Below are positions 55,881 through 64,000 of a DNA stretch of 64,000 nucleotides, piece by piece. The notes beneath the pieces were generated by a model, which was given only the letters and a program-made list of their open reading frames with translations, ran no database searches and had not been told where the DNA came from. The stretch covers positions 165,266 through 229,265 of the forward strand of contig NZ_CAXBBR010000002.1 of NCBI RefSeq assembly GCF_963974175.1, in the 5' to 3' direction. Both the position numbers and the translations under genes were made by a program. Source of the DNA: an uncultured Flavobacterium sp. Its GTDB lineage: Bacteria; Bacteroidota; Bacteroidia; Flavobacteriales; Flavobacteriaceae. Positions within the stretch are counted from its first letter, which is position 1, and each line of letters begins with the position of its first letter.

Positions 55881-57506
55881 TTATTTTCTCGACATCTTAT
55901 CCGCCATTAATAAGGCGTTGTATGCGTTCACTATTTTTCCTGATTGAGACAAAGTCGTAAAAGAACGACTGTCTTTTGGATTCCCTCCTACAACGACAGT
56001 TTCACTAATCGCTACACCTGAATCCATCAAAATGTGTTTTACTTGTGATGCCGTTAATGTTGGGTAATACGAACGAATTAGAGCGGCAACTCCAGCAACG
56101 TTTGGCGCGGCCATTGAAGTTCCTTGCAAATATTTGTAAGTGTTATTTGGCGTTGTAGCATAAATTTTTACTCCTGGTGCAAAAACATCAACATTCACTT
56201 TTCCAATGTTAGAGAAACGCGCTACCACTTTATCACCATACTCAAAATTCAAAGCACCGATAGTGATCATATTGTCTGCAAACTCTGTTTTTTTATCATC
56301 AGAATCGTTAGGAAAATTATCGTAACCGTCAATATCTTTTGCATCATTCCCGGCAGCGTGAACAATTAACACATCTTTCTTTTCAGCATATTTAATGGCA
56401 TCATACACCCATTGTTTGTGAGGAGAAAAACTTTTTCCAAAACTTCCGTTGATTACTTTCGCTCCGTTATCAACTGCATAGCGTATTCCAAGTGCAATAT
56501 CTTTATCATATTCGTCTCCGTCTGGCACAGCACGAACAGTCAAAATTTCAACATTATTTGCAATTCCGTCACCCCCAATAGTGTTGTTTCTAACTTGAGC
56601 AACGATTCCTGCAACGTGAGTTCCGTGAAGGATTTTTTCCTTGTCTGGTCCCATTACGTTATTATTTCCGTATTTCGTGTCCGATAAATCATTTGGGTTA
56701 TCACCAACAACGTCTCTGTAATTTTGTTTTAGATTGTCTCCATTAAGAAGGGCAGACATTTCATCAATATCACCTTGAATTGCTTTTTCTAGATCAACTA
56801 TACTCATTCCATAAGAAAGCATTCTTTGCATTGTTACTTTACTTTCTAATATTGAAGTGTCTTTTGAATCAATTGCATTTACTTCGTCAATAGTATAAAC
56901 ACGCTTCGCTAAAACCTTTTCGATAACAGCATCAGCACTTGCTGTACTAGTTAGAAGTCCCTCTAAACGCGTCTTCCCTGCTTGTGCTTTAGCTATTTTT
57001 TCATCATTAATTTTCTTCGCTTCTTGATACGTTACTTCATCTACCAAGTTTTTGTCCTTGATGATTCTTTCGTATTCTAAATTTTCTTTAGTGATGTCTC
57101 CAAGGAAATTCCAACCATGAATATCATCAACATATCCATTTTTATCATCATCAATTCCGTTACCCGCAATTTCTTTTGAGTTGGTCCAAATTACTGATTT
57201 TAAATCCTCATGTTCAATATCAACACCTGAATCTACAATTCCAACAATAACTTTTACTCCTTTTTTATCTTTCAGAAGTTCTGCATAAGCTCTGTCAACA
57301 CTCATTCCAGGAATTGTATCATTTACGATGTCTAAATGACTCCAACGTTTTAATTCATTTTCTTTTAAAGCGGCAGTTTTTTTAACATTTAAAGGGGCAG
57401 TAATTGCCGTTAAAGAACTAAAACTTGAAACTTGTTTTTGAGCTCCACATCCAGCCAAAACCAAAACGGCAAAGGCAGAAAGGCAAATCGGTTTAATACT
57501 ATTCAT
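55881..57506 (-). CDS. S8-family (subtilisin-like) serine peptidase lipoprotein
   Basis: Catalytic triad contexts IVDSGVD, HGTHVAGI and GTSMAAPNVAG. Lipobox LAGC. Confidence 0.9.
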   Translation of the reverse strand: MNSIKPICLSAFAVLVLAGCGAQKQVSSFSSLTAITAPLNVKKTAALKENELKRWSHLDIVNDTIPGMSVDRAYAELLKDKKGVKVIVGIVDSGVDIEHEDLKSVIWTNSKEIAGNGIDDDKNGYVDDIHGWNFLGDITKENLEYERIIKDKNLVDEVTYQEAKKINDEKIAKAQAGKTRLEGLLTSTASADAVIEKVLAKRVYTIDEVNAIDSKDTSILESKVTMQRMLSYGMSIVDLEKAIQGDIDEMSALLNGDNLKQNYRDVVGDNPNDLSDTKYGNNNVMGPDKEKILHGTHVAGIVAQVRNNTIGGDGIANNVEILTVRAVPDGDEYDKDIALGIRYAVDNGAKVINGSFGKSFSPHKQWVYDAIKYAEKKDVLIVHAAGNDAKDIDGYDNFPNDSDDKKTEFADNMITIGALNFEYGDKVVARFSNIGKVNVDVFAPGVKIYATTPNNTYKYLQGTSMAAPNVAGVAALIRSYYPTLTASQVKHILMDSGVAISETVVVGGNPKDSRSFTTLSQSGKIVNAYNALLMADKMSRK

Positions 57507-57579
57507 TGATAATTTCTTTATGAGTTGTAAATATTTGTCTAAAATAATTTATTTTGTTACATAATAAAAACGATTAACA

Positions 57580-58440
57580 CTATGTTAAGATTTCGTCCGC
57601 TTTAAAAACTTCCTTCAATCGCACTCCTTTTTCAGTATGTTGTACGGTAATAATCTCATTATGCGCATCGTGTTCCAGAAACAAATAATAATCATTGTCA
57701 GCAGCGGCATTTAAGAACTTCGTTTTTTCAGGCATCGTTAACAACGGCCTTGTATCGTATCCCATTACGTAAGCAACTGGAATGTGTCCGGCTGTCGCCA
57801 ATAAATCTGCCATGAAAACAATTGTCTTGCCTTTGTATTGAATGTGCGGAATCATTTGCTTCTCGGTATGACCATCAGCAAAGAAAATTCCAAACCCTAA
57901 TTCTGATTCCTCCAGAAAATCGCCTTCGGGTCTTTTGATAAAATTCAATTGCCCACTTTCTTGCATTGGTAAAATATTTTCCGACAAGAAGGATGCTTTT
58001 TCTCTAGGATTAGGTTTTGTAGCCCATTCCCAATGATTTTCATTAGACCAAAATTTGGCATTTTTAAAAGCTGGTTCGTAGCCTGTTTTGTCCTTGTTCC
58101 ATTGCACACTTCCACCACAATGGTCAAAATGCAAATGCGTCATAAAAACATCGGTAATGTCATCACGGCTAAAACCATGTTTTGCCAATGATTTATCCAT
58201 AGAATGAGAACCCCAAAGCGAATAGTAACCAAAGAATTTCTCTGATTGCTTGTCTCCCATTCCGGTATCGATTAAAATTAATCGGTTACCATCTTCAATA
58301 AGCAGGCATCTTGCGGCGATATCGATCAAATTATTAGCATCGGCTGGATTGGTTCGGCTCCAAATGGTTTTTGGTACAACACCAAACATTGCGCCACCAT
58401 CTAATTTAAAATTTCCGGTCTCTATAGGATATAGTTTCAT
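57580..58440 (-). CDS. MBL-fold metallo-hydrolase
   Basis: THLHFDHCGG motif. Confidence 0.85.
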   Translation of the reverse strand: MKLYPIETGNFKLDGGAMFGVVPKTIWSRTNPADANNLIDIAARCLLIEDGNRLILIDTGMGDKQSEKFFGYYSLWGSHSMDKSLAKHGFSRDDITDVFMTHLHFDHCGGSVQWNKDKTGYEPAFKNAKFWSNENHWEWATKPNPREKASFLSENILPMQESGQLNFIKRPEGDFLEESELGFGIFFADGHTEKQMIPHIQYKGKTIVFMADLLATAGHIPVAYVMGYDTRPLLTMPEKTKFLNAAADNDYYLFLEHDAHNEIITVQHTEKGVRLKEVFKADEILT

Positions 58441-58662
58441 TTTTTTGAATTGAAAGATTAAAAATTTGAAGAATTAAAAGATTCTAATTAGATCGCCCTA
58501 TCCATTAACAAATAAGAGATTTTCCTTTAAATCTTCGTCTTTTCCATAATTAGATTGCAATTTATGAAAATTGATCTGCTTTAAATGAAATCACATCGAC
58601 TTTTTCTATTTTGCTATTAGTTATAAAAATGTTATCGGTTATGGAAAAAGGTTTTTATATAG

Positions 58663-58670
58663 TACCTTTG
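58663..58670 (+). promoter_or_regulatory. -7 box TACCTTTG of the suf operon
   Basis: TAnnTTTG 30 nt upstream of the ATG at 58700. Confidence 0.5.
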
Positions 58671-58699
58671 TGGTTAATTTAGACAAAATCAATATAACA

Positions 58700-59029
58700 A
58701 TGATAAAGGTTTCAGATACTGCCAAAAAGAAAATCATCGATTTGATGAAAGAGGACGGTTTTGATGCTGCTACAGACTACGTAAGAGTAGGCGTTAAAAG
58801 TGGCGGATGCTCCGGTTTGTCTTATGATTTAAAATTTGACAAAGCCAAAAGCGAAGACGATAAAATATTCATAGACAACGAAATAACAATTGCAGTGGAG
58901 AAAAAATCTTTTCTTTATTTAGCTGGAACAATTCTAGAGTTCTCTGGCGGAATAAACGGAAAAGGGTTCATTTTTAACAATCCCAATGCAAATAGAACAT
59001 GTGGATGTGGGGAAAGTTTCTCACTTTAA
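58700..59029 (+). CDS. sufA: A-type iron-sulfur cluster carrier (SufA/IscA/ErpA family)
   Basis: GGCSGLSY and C-terminal CGCGESF. The track start at 58670 is a GTG, so the ATG at 58700 is preferred. Confidence 0.9.
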   Translation: MIKVSDTAKKKIIDLMKEDGFDAATDYVRVGVKSGGCSGLSYDLKFDKAKSEDDKIFIDNEITIAVEKKSFLYLAGTILEFSGGINGKGFIFNNPNANRTCGCGESFSL

Positions 59030-59140
59030 TTACACATTGATTAAAAACATAAATTTCACACTATATAGAAATTAAGAAAATGAAGCGCATACAACGCCCA
59101 AATGAAACTTAATTCCTAAATGGTTCTAATTAGAAAAAAA

Positions 59141-60589
59141 ATGTCAAAATACACAGAAGACGATTTAAAACTCGAACTCGAAACTAAAGAATATGAGTAC
59201 GGATTTTACACCGAATTAGAATCGGATACATTTCCTATTGGCTTAAACGAAGATATCGTTCGTGCTATCTCGCTCAGAAAAGAAGAACCACAATGGATGA
59301 CCGACTGGCGTCTAGAGGCTTTTCGTGCTTGGCAAGAAATGATCGAGCCAGAGTGGGCTAACGTACATTATACAAAACCAGATTTCCAGGCTATTTCTTA
59401 TTATTCTGCGCCAAAAGCGGTAGACCCTAATAAAACATTAGACGATGTAGATCCGGAACTTTTAGAAATGTATAAAAAGTTAGGTATCTCTGTCGATGAG
59501 CAAAAGATGATGAATAATGTAGCAATGGATATCGTAGTTGACTCAGTTTCAGTCGCTACAACATTCAAGAAAACATTAGGCGAGAAAGGAATCATCTTTA
59601 TGAGTATTTCTGAAGCTATTAAAGAGCATCCAGAATTAGTTCGTAAATATCTAGGAACTGTTGTCCCTCAAAAAGATAATTTTTATGCTGCATTGAATTC
59701 AGCTGTTTTCTCTGACGGTTCATTCTGTTATATTCCAAAAGGTGTTCGTTGTCCAATGGAACTTTCAACATACTTTAGAATAAATCAAGCTGGAACAGGT
59801 CAATTTGAAAGAACATTACTAATTGCCGATGAAGGTAGTTATGTAAGTTACCTTGAAGGTTGTACTGCACCAAGTCGTGATGAAAATCAACTACACGCAG
59901 CTGTTGTTGAACTAATTGCTTTAGACGATGCTGAAATTAAATATTCCACAGTACAAAACTGGTATCCTGGAAATAAAGAAGGTAAAGGTGGAGTTTTTAA
60001 CTTTGTAACTAAAAGAGGAATCTGTGAGAAAAACGCAAAAATCTCTTGGACACAAGTAGAAACTGGTTCTGCAGTAACTTGGAAATATCCATCTGTTATA
60101 TTAAAAGGAGACAATTCAGTAGGTGAGTTTTACTCGATTGCTGTTACGAATAACTTTCAACAAGCCGATACTGGAACAAAAATGATCCATTTAGGGAAAA
60201 ACACTAAATCGACTATTATTTCTAAAGGTATTTCAGCGGGACAATCGCAAAATAGTTACCGTGGTTTGGTTCGAATTTCACCAAATGCAGATAACGCAAG
60301 AAACTTTTCACAATGTGATTCATTATTAATGGGTAACAACTGTGGAGCGCATACTTTCCCTTATATCGAAAGCAAAAATCCATCAGCAAAAATTGAACAT
60401 GAGGCGACAACAAGTAAAATTGGTGAAGACCAAGTTTTCTATTGCAACCAACGTGGAATTCCAACTGAGAAGGCAATTGCTTTAATCGTGAATGGATTCA
60501 GTAAAGACGTATTGAATAAGTTACCAATGGAATTTGCTGTAGAAGCACAGAAATTATTGGAAATATCTCTCGAAGGATCTGTAGGTTAA
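59141..60589 (+). CDS. sufB: Fe-S cluster assembly protein SufB
   Basis: Characteristic SufB length and sequence ([10 protein letters not shown] start, ...[22 protein letters not shown] end), upstream of sufC and sufD. Confidence 0.95.
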   Translation: MSKYTEDDLKLELETKEYEYGFYTELESDTFPIGLNEDIVRAISLRKEEPQWMTDWRLEAFRAWQEMIEPEWANVHYTKPDFQAISYYSAPKAVDPNKTLDDVDPELLEMYKKLGISVDEQKMMNNVAMDIVVDSVSVATTFKKTLGEKGIIFMSISEAIKEHPELVRKYLGTVVPQKDNFYAALNSAVFSDGSFCYIPKGVRCPMELSTYFRINQAGTGQFERTLLIADEGSYVSYLEGCTAPSRDENQLHAAVVELIALDDAEIKYSTVQNWYPGNKEGKGGVFNFVTKRGICEKNAKISWTQVETGSAVTWKYPSVILKGDNSVGEFYSIAVTNNFQQADTGTKMIHLGKNTKSTIISKGISAGQSQNSYRGLVRISPNADNARNFSQCDSLLMGNNCGAHTFPYIESKNPSAKIEHEATTSKIGEDQVFYCNQRGIPTEKAIALIVNGFSKDVLNKLPMEFAVEAQKLLEISLEGSVG

Positions 60590-60595
60590 AAATTA

Positions 60596-60657
60596 GTTTA
60601 AAGTTTAAGGTTTAAAGTTGAGCAACTTATCAATAACTTTAAACATTAACTTTAAAC
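60596..60657. repeat. GTTTAAAG-word spacer hairpin (sufB to four-helix-bundle gene)
   Basis: Left arm GTTTAAAGTTTAAGGTTTAAAGTT, 15-nt loop, right arm AACTTTAAACATTAACTTTAAAC. Confidence 0.8.
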
Positions 60658-60665
60658 AAAAATAA

Positions 60666-61055
60666 ATGGCAACAATTACACGTTTTGAAGATTTAGAAAT
60701 TTGGAAAGAAGCCAGGAGACTAGCCAAAGAAATTCATTTTATTGCTGTGGAAACAGATCTAAAAAATGATTTTAGGTTTAGAGATCAAATAAAAGCCTCA
60801 TCTGGTTCAGTAATGGATAATATTGCAGAAGGATTTGAAAGAAATGGAAATTTAGAATTTAGACAGTTTTTGTCTATTGCAAAAGGATCCGCTGGAGAAA
60901 CAAGGTCTCAATTATACAGAGTGCTAGATTACAATTATATTAACGTAGAAAAGTTTGAAATATTAAAAACTGACTTCGAAAATTTAAGTGGAAAAATAAA
61001 TAATTTTATATCATATTTAAACAAGAAAGATTTTAAAGGGACGAAGTTTCAGTAA
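60666..61055 (+). CDS. four-helix-bundle protein (23S rRNA intervening-sequence protein / Avd-like family)
   Basis: [22 protein letters not shown] and [15 protein letters not shown] motifs typical of this family. Sits between sufB and sufC. Confidence 0.85.
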   Translation: MATITRFEDLEIWKEARRLAKEIHFIAVETDLKNDFRFRDQIKASSGSVMDNIAEGFERNGNLEFRQFLSIAKGSAGETRSQLYRVLDYNYINVEKFEILKTDFENLSGKINNFISYLNKKDFKGTKFQ

Positions 61056-61062
61056 ACACGAG

Positions 61063-61086
61063 AACTTTAAACTTTAAACTTTAAAC
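61063..61086. repeat. solo right arm AACTTTAAACTTTAAACTTTAAAC
   Basis: 23 of 24 nt complementary to the left arm at 60596-60619, on the other side of the four-helix-bundle gene. Confidence 0.8.
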
Positions 61087-61098
61087 AACTAAAAAAAG

Positions 61099-61851
61099 AT
61101 GTTAAGCATAAAAAATTTACACGCCTCCATTGGAGATAAAGAAATATTAAAAGGAATTAATCTTGAAGTAAAAGCAGGAGAAATTCACGCGATAATGGGA
61201 CCAAACGGTGCCGGAAAAAGTACGCTTGCGTCAATCATTGCAGGAAATGAAAACTATGAGGTAACCGAAGGTGAAATCTCTTTAGATGGAGAAGATCTTA
61301 GTGAATTAGCTCCAGAAGAAAGAGCGCACAAAGGAGTATTCCTTTCTTTTCAATACCCTGTTGAAATCCCAGGAGTATCGGTAACGAACTTCATCAGAAC
61401 AGCAATCAACGAGACTCGTAAAGCAAACGGACAGGAAGAAATGCCTGCTAACGAAATGCTAAAAGTGATTCGTGAAAAATCAGAATTATTAGAAATCGAT
61501 AGAAAGTTTCTTTCTCGTTCTCTTAACGAAGGATTTTCAGGTGGAGAGAAAAAACGTAATGAGATTTTCCAAATGGCGATGTTAGAGCCAAAATTAGCCA
61601 TTCTTGATGAAACTGATTCTGGATTAGATATCGATGCGTTACGTATCGTTGCTAACGGAGTTAATAAATTAAAAAGCGACAAAAACGCAATTGTAGTAAT
61701 TACGCATTACCAACGTTTATTAGATTACATCGTTCCTGATTTCGTTCATGTTTTACTTAACGGTAAAATTGTGAAATCTGGAGACGCTTCTTTGGCTTTA
61801 GAGCTAGAAGAAAGAGGATACGACTGGATCAAACAAGAACAAGAAGCATAA
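61099..61851 (+). CDS. sufC: Fe-S cluster assembly ATPase SufC
   Basis: Walker [10 protein letters not shown], signature FSGGEKKR and Walker [11 protein letters not shown]. Confidence 0.95.
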   Translation: MLSIKNLHASIGDKEILKGINLEVKAGEIHAIMGPNGAGKSTLASIIAGNENYEVTEGEISLDGEDLSELAPEERAHKGVFLSFQYPVEIPGVSVTNFIRTAINETRKANGQEEMPANEMLKVIREKSELLEIDRKFLSRSLNEGFSGGEKKRNEIFQMAMLEPKLAILDETDSGLDIDALRIVANGVNKLKSDKNAIVVITHYQRLLDYIVPDFVHVLLNGKIVKSGDASLALELEERGYDWIKQEQEA

Positions 61852-61856
61852 AATTT

Positions 61857-61920
61857 GTTTAAAGTCTAAAGTTCAAAGTTCCCACAACAACTTTAAACTT
61901 TTAAACCTTAAACTTTAAAC
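61857..61920. repeat. GTTTAAAG-word spacer hairpin (sufC to sufD)
   Basis: GTTTAAAGTCTAAAGTTCAAAGTT, loop CCCACAAC, AACTTTAAACTTTTAAACCTTAAACTTTAAAC. Confidence 0.8.
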
Positions 61921-61930
61921 AACAAAGAAA

Positions 61931-63247
61931 ATGGATTTGAAAGAAAAATTAATCTCGTCTTTTATGGCTTTTGAAGAGCGCCTTGATGTTCACACTGAAC
62001 TTCACGATGTACGTACTTCGGCTATGAAAAACTTTGAAAATAAAGGATTCCCAACTAAGAAAGATGAAGCTTGGAAATATACTTCGCTAAATGCTCTCTT
62101 AAAAAACGACTTTACCGTTTTCCCTAAAAAAGAAAACAGTATTCAATATTCTGATGTAAAAAAATATTTTTTACATGAAGTAGACACTTACAAAGTAGTA
62201 TTTATTGATGGTATTTTCAGTTCGTACTTATCGTCTACAACCCACGAAGGAATCGATGTTTGCTTAATGTCTTCGGCATTGAATAAACCAAAATACAAGA
62301 TGATTATTGACAATTACTATAATCAAATTGCCAACAAAGAGGAAAGTTTAACTTCATTGAATACGGCTTTCGCCACTGAAGGAGCTTACATCAACATTCC
62401 AAAAAGCAAAGTCGCTGACAAACCTATTGAAATCATGTATTTCTCAACAGGAAATGAGTCTGCGCTTATGGTACAACCAAGAAACTTGGTAATTGTAGGT
62501 GAAAATTCACATGTTCAAATTATTGAACGCCACCAAAGTTTGACTGAAAATCCAGTATTAACCAATTCGGTTACTGAGATTTTTGCTCAAAAACGTGCCA
62601 TAGTGGATTTCTATAAAATTCAAAACGACAAGCTAACTGCTAATTTGATTGACAATACTTACGTGTCGCAAAAACAAGAAAGTAGTGTTGCTGTTAATAC
62701 TTTTTCTTTTGGTGGAAACCTAACTAGAAACAACTTGAACTTCTACCATTTTGGAGAAAGAATAGTAAGTTACTTAAACGGAATTACGATTATTGGAGAA
62801 AAACAGCACGTAGACCATTATACTTTGGTACAACATGCTACTCCAAATTGTGAAAGTCACCAAGATTACAAAGGAATCTTTTCTGACCGTTCGACCGGTG
62901 TTTTCAACGGGAAGATTTTCGTAGAAAAAGAGGCACAAAAAACCAACGCATTCCAAAAAAATAATAATATTCTATTGAGTGATAAAGCGACCATAAACGC
63001 CAAACCACAATTAGAGATTTTTGCTGATGATGTAAAATGTTCACACGGTTGTACCATCGGACAATTAGATGAAACTGCTATGTTCTACATGCAACAACGT
63101 GGAATTCCACAAAAAGAAGCCAAAGCTTTATTGATGTACGCATTCTCGAATGCTGTTATCGAAAGCATCAAAATACCGGAATTAAAACAAAGAATTACTA
63201 AAATTATCGCCAACAAATTAGGTGTTAAAATTGGATTTGATTTGTAA
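61931..63247 (+). CDS. sufD: Fe-S cluster assembly protein SufD
   Basis: 438 aa. C-terminal KCSHGCTIGQLDE...LFYMQQRGI region typical of the SufB/SufD family. Follows sufC. Confidence 0.9.
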   Translation: MDLKEKLISSFMAFEERLDVHTELHDVRTSAMKNFENKGFPTKKDEAWKYTSLNALLKNDFTVFPKKENSIQYSDVKKYFLHEVDTYKVVFIDGIFSSYLSSTTHEGIDVCLMSSALNKPKYKMIIDNYYNQIANKEESLTSLNTAFATEGAYINIPKSKVADKPIEIMYFSTGNESALMVQPRNLVIVGENSHVQIIERHQSLTENPVLTNSVTEIFAQKRAIVDFYKIQNDKLTANLIDNTYVSQKQESSVAVNTFSFGGNLTRNNLNFYHFGERIVSYLNGITIIGEKQHVDHYTLVQHATPNCESHQDYKGIFSDRSTGVFNGKIFVEKEAQKTNAFQKNNNILLSDKATINAKPQLEIFADDVKCSHGCTIGQLDETAMFYMQQRGIPQKEAKALLMYAFSNAVIESIKIPELKQRITKIIANKLGVKIGFDL

Positions 63248-63269
63248 TAATTAAGGACTTAAAACATTT

Positions 63270-63310
63270 AACCCTTTCAGAGTTTTGAACTTTGAAAGGG
63301 TTATTTTTTT
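63270..63310 (+). terminator. rho-independent terminator after sufD
   Basis: AACCCTTTCA/TGAAAGGGTT stem followed by T7. Confidence 0.75.
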
Positions 63311-63388
63311 GGAGCTATTTCCCGCTATCCGCTACAATCTTTTTTTTGGTAAAAACCTTAAAAAGGATTTTCACTTCTATCGGGGCTA
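63311..63388 (+). repeat. copy of the dispersed GGAGC...CGGGGCTA element (subfamily 1)
   Basis: GGAGCTATTTCCCGCTATCCGCTACAATC, imperfect hairpin, then GGATTTTCACTTCTATCGGGGCTA. Begins directly after the sufD terminator T-run. Confidence 0.8.
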
Positions 63389-63510
63389 AAAAAAGTAGAC
63401 GTAAAAATTGGAATTTGATTCGTAATGATCACAATTGATTATATTTTTTTTAAAGCCCAAAGTAGTTTAGTTACAAATCACTCTTGCCATTGGATCGTAC
63501 TATTTTCGTA

Positions 63511-64000
63511 TTACTTCTTAAAGCTCCCAAGAATCCCTTTCAACATTCCGTTTACATCAAATTTACCATCTTCAGTCAAACCCATTCTAACAATTACTAA
63601 ATCATGCGACGGAAGAATAAATACTTTTTGCCCTTGAAAACCATTAGCCGAGTATAAATCCTTTGGTGCATCAGGGTAACGACCTCCGGCATTTAACCAA
63701 AAGTGGGCTCCATAATCTCCTTTTGATCCTTTGGTTGGTGCTGCCACATATTCAGCCCAACCAGCATCAAACAACTGCTCACCATTCCAGTTCCCTTGAT
63801 GTAAATACAGCAAACCAAATTTTGACCAATCTCTCGTAGTAGCCCAAGAATAAGATGATCCTACAAAATTTCCTGCCATATCCGTTTCAACCACCATCGA
63901 TTTCATTCCTATTTTATCAATCAACGCCGAATACCAAAAATCCAGATATTCTTGATGGGTCTTAAACTGATTTCTCAAAATATAAGATAGCAAGTTTGTT
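63511..64000 (-). CDS. beta-lactamase-related serine hydrolase, C-terminal part (5' end outside window)
   Basis: The frame stays open to the window edge and the track 'M' at 63993 is a TTG. GSSYSWATTRDWSKFGLLYLHQGNWNGEQL resembles the C-terminal half of class-C-like serine hydrolases. Confidence 0.65.
   Translation of the reverse strand, partial: TNLLSYILRNQFKTHQEYLDFWYSALIDKIGMKSMVVETDMAGNFVGSSYSWATTRDWSKFGLLYLHQGNWNGEQLFDAGWAEYVAAPTKGSKGDYGAHFWLNAGGRYPDAPKDLYSANGFQGQKVFILPSHDLVIVRMGLTEDGKFDVNGMLKGILGSFKK

Noticed and set aside
60590-61930. Possibility that the GTTTAAAG repeats are a CRISPR array
   Set aside because: The units are 7-8 nt words arranged as inverted arms within 40-80-nt spacers between genes. 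There are no 25-40-nt direct repeats, no unique spacers of regular length and no cas genes.
1-64000. Genomic island, prophage or defence island interpretation of the window
   Set aside because: There is no integrase, transposase, tRNA attachment site, phage structural gene or restriction-modification/cas gene. Gene content is overwhelmingly housekeeping, and I noticed no obvious compositional break.

Overview
AT-rich 64-kb segment that looks like core chromosome of a Flavobacterium-like member of Bacteroidota. Supporting signs are a T9SS C-terminal sorting domain, a complete MoxR/DUF58/Bat aerotolerance operon, TAnnTTTG -7 boxes and A-rich leaders without Shine-Dalgarno sequences. About 60 protein genes are supportable, nearly all housekeeping: ileS-dksA-lspA, recO, gdhA, a Cys/Met PLP enzyme, yicC-gmk-nadD, a LysR/DJ-1/YqhD-like aldehyde module, gpsA, pheS, the 8-gene Bat operon, AKR and SDR reductases, an ALDH7-type dehydrogenase, 3-hydroxyanthranilate dioxygenase, mfd, SDR-type threonine dehydrogenase, M1 and S8 peptidases, and sufA-B-C-D. 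I saw no rRNA, tRNA, CRISPR array, transposase, integrase or phage genes, so this does not look like an accessory island. I could not identify a convincing novel multi-gene protein system. The unusual signals are mostly non-coding: (1) a dispersed ~80-nt intergenic element at 5 loci, with conserved arms, a central hairpin that stays complementary although its sequence differs, and a consistent orientation 3' of genes; (2) operon-internal spacer hairpins built from tandem short words, especially GTTTAAAG, ending a fixed distance before start codons; (3) a four-helix-bundle (23S-IVS/Avd-like) gene apparently inserted into the loop of the sufB-sufC spacer hairpin; (4) a small membrane-protein gene with an in-frame TAG followed by 44 more sense codons that run up to the terminator; (5) an orphan AlbA_2/Schlafen-like gene followed by a 723-bp non-coding gap containing a possible small hydrophobic ORF; (6) a pair of inverted GC-rich palindromic units at the 3' end of an EamA transporter gene. 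All functional calls come from motif recognition by eye; no database search was run.
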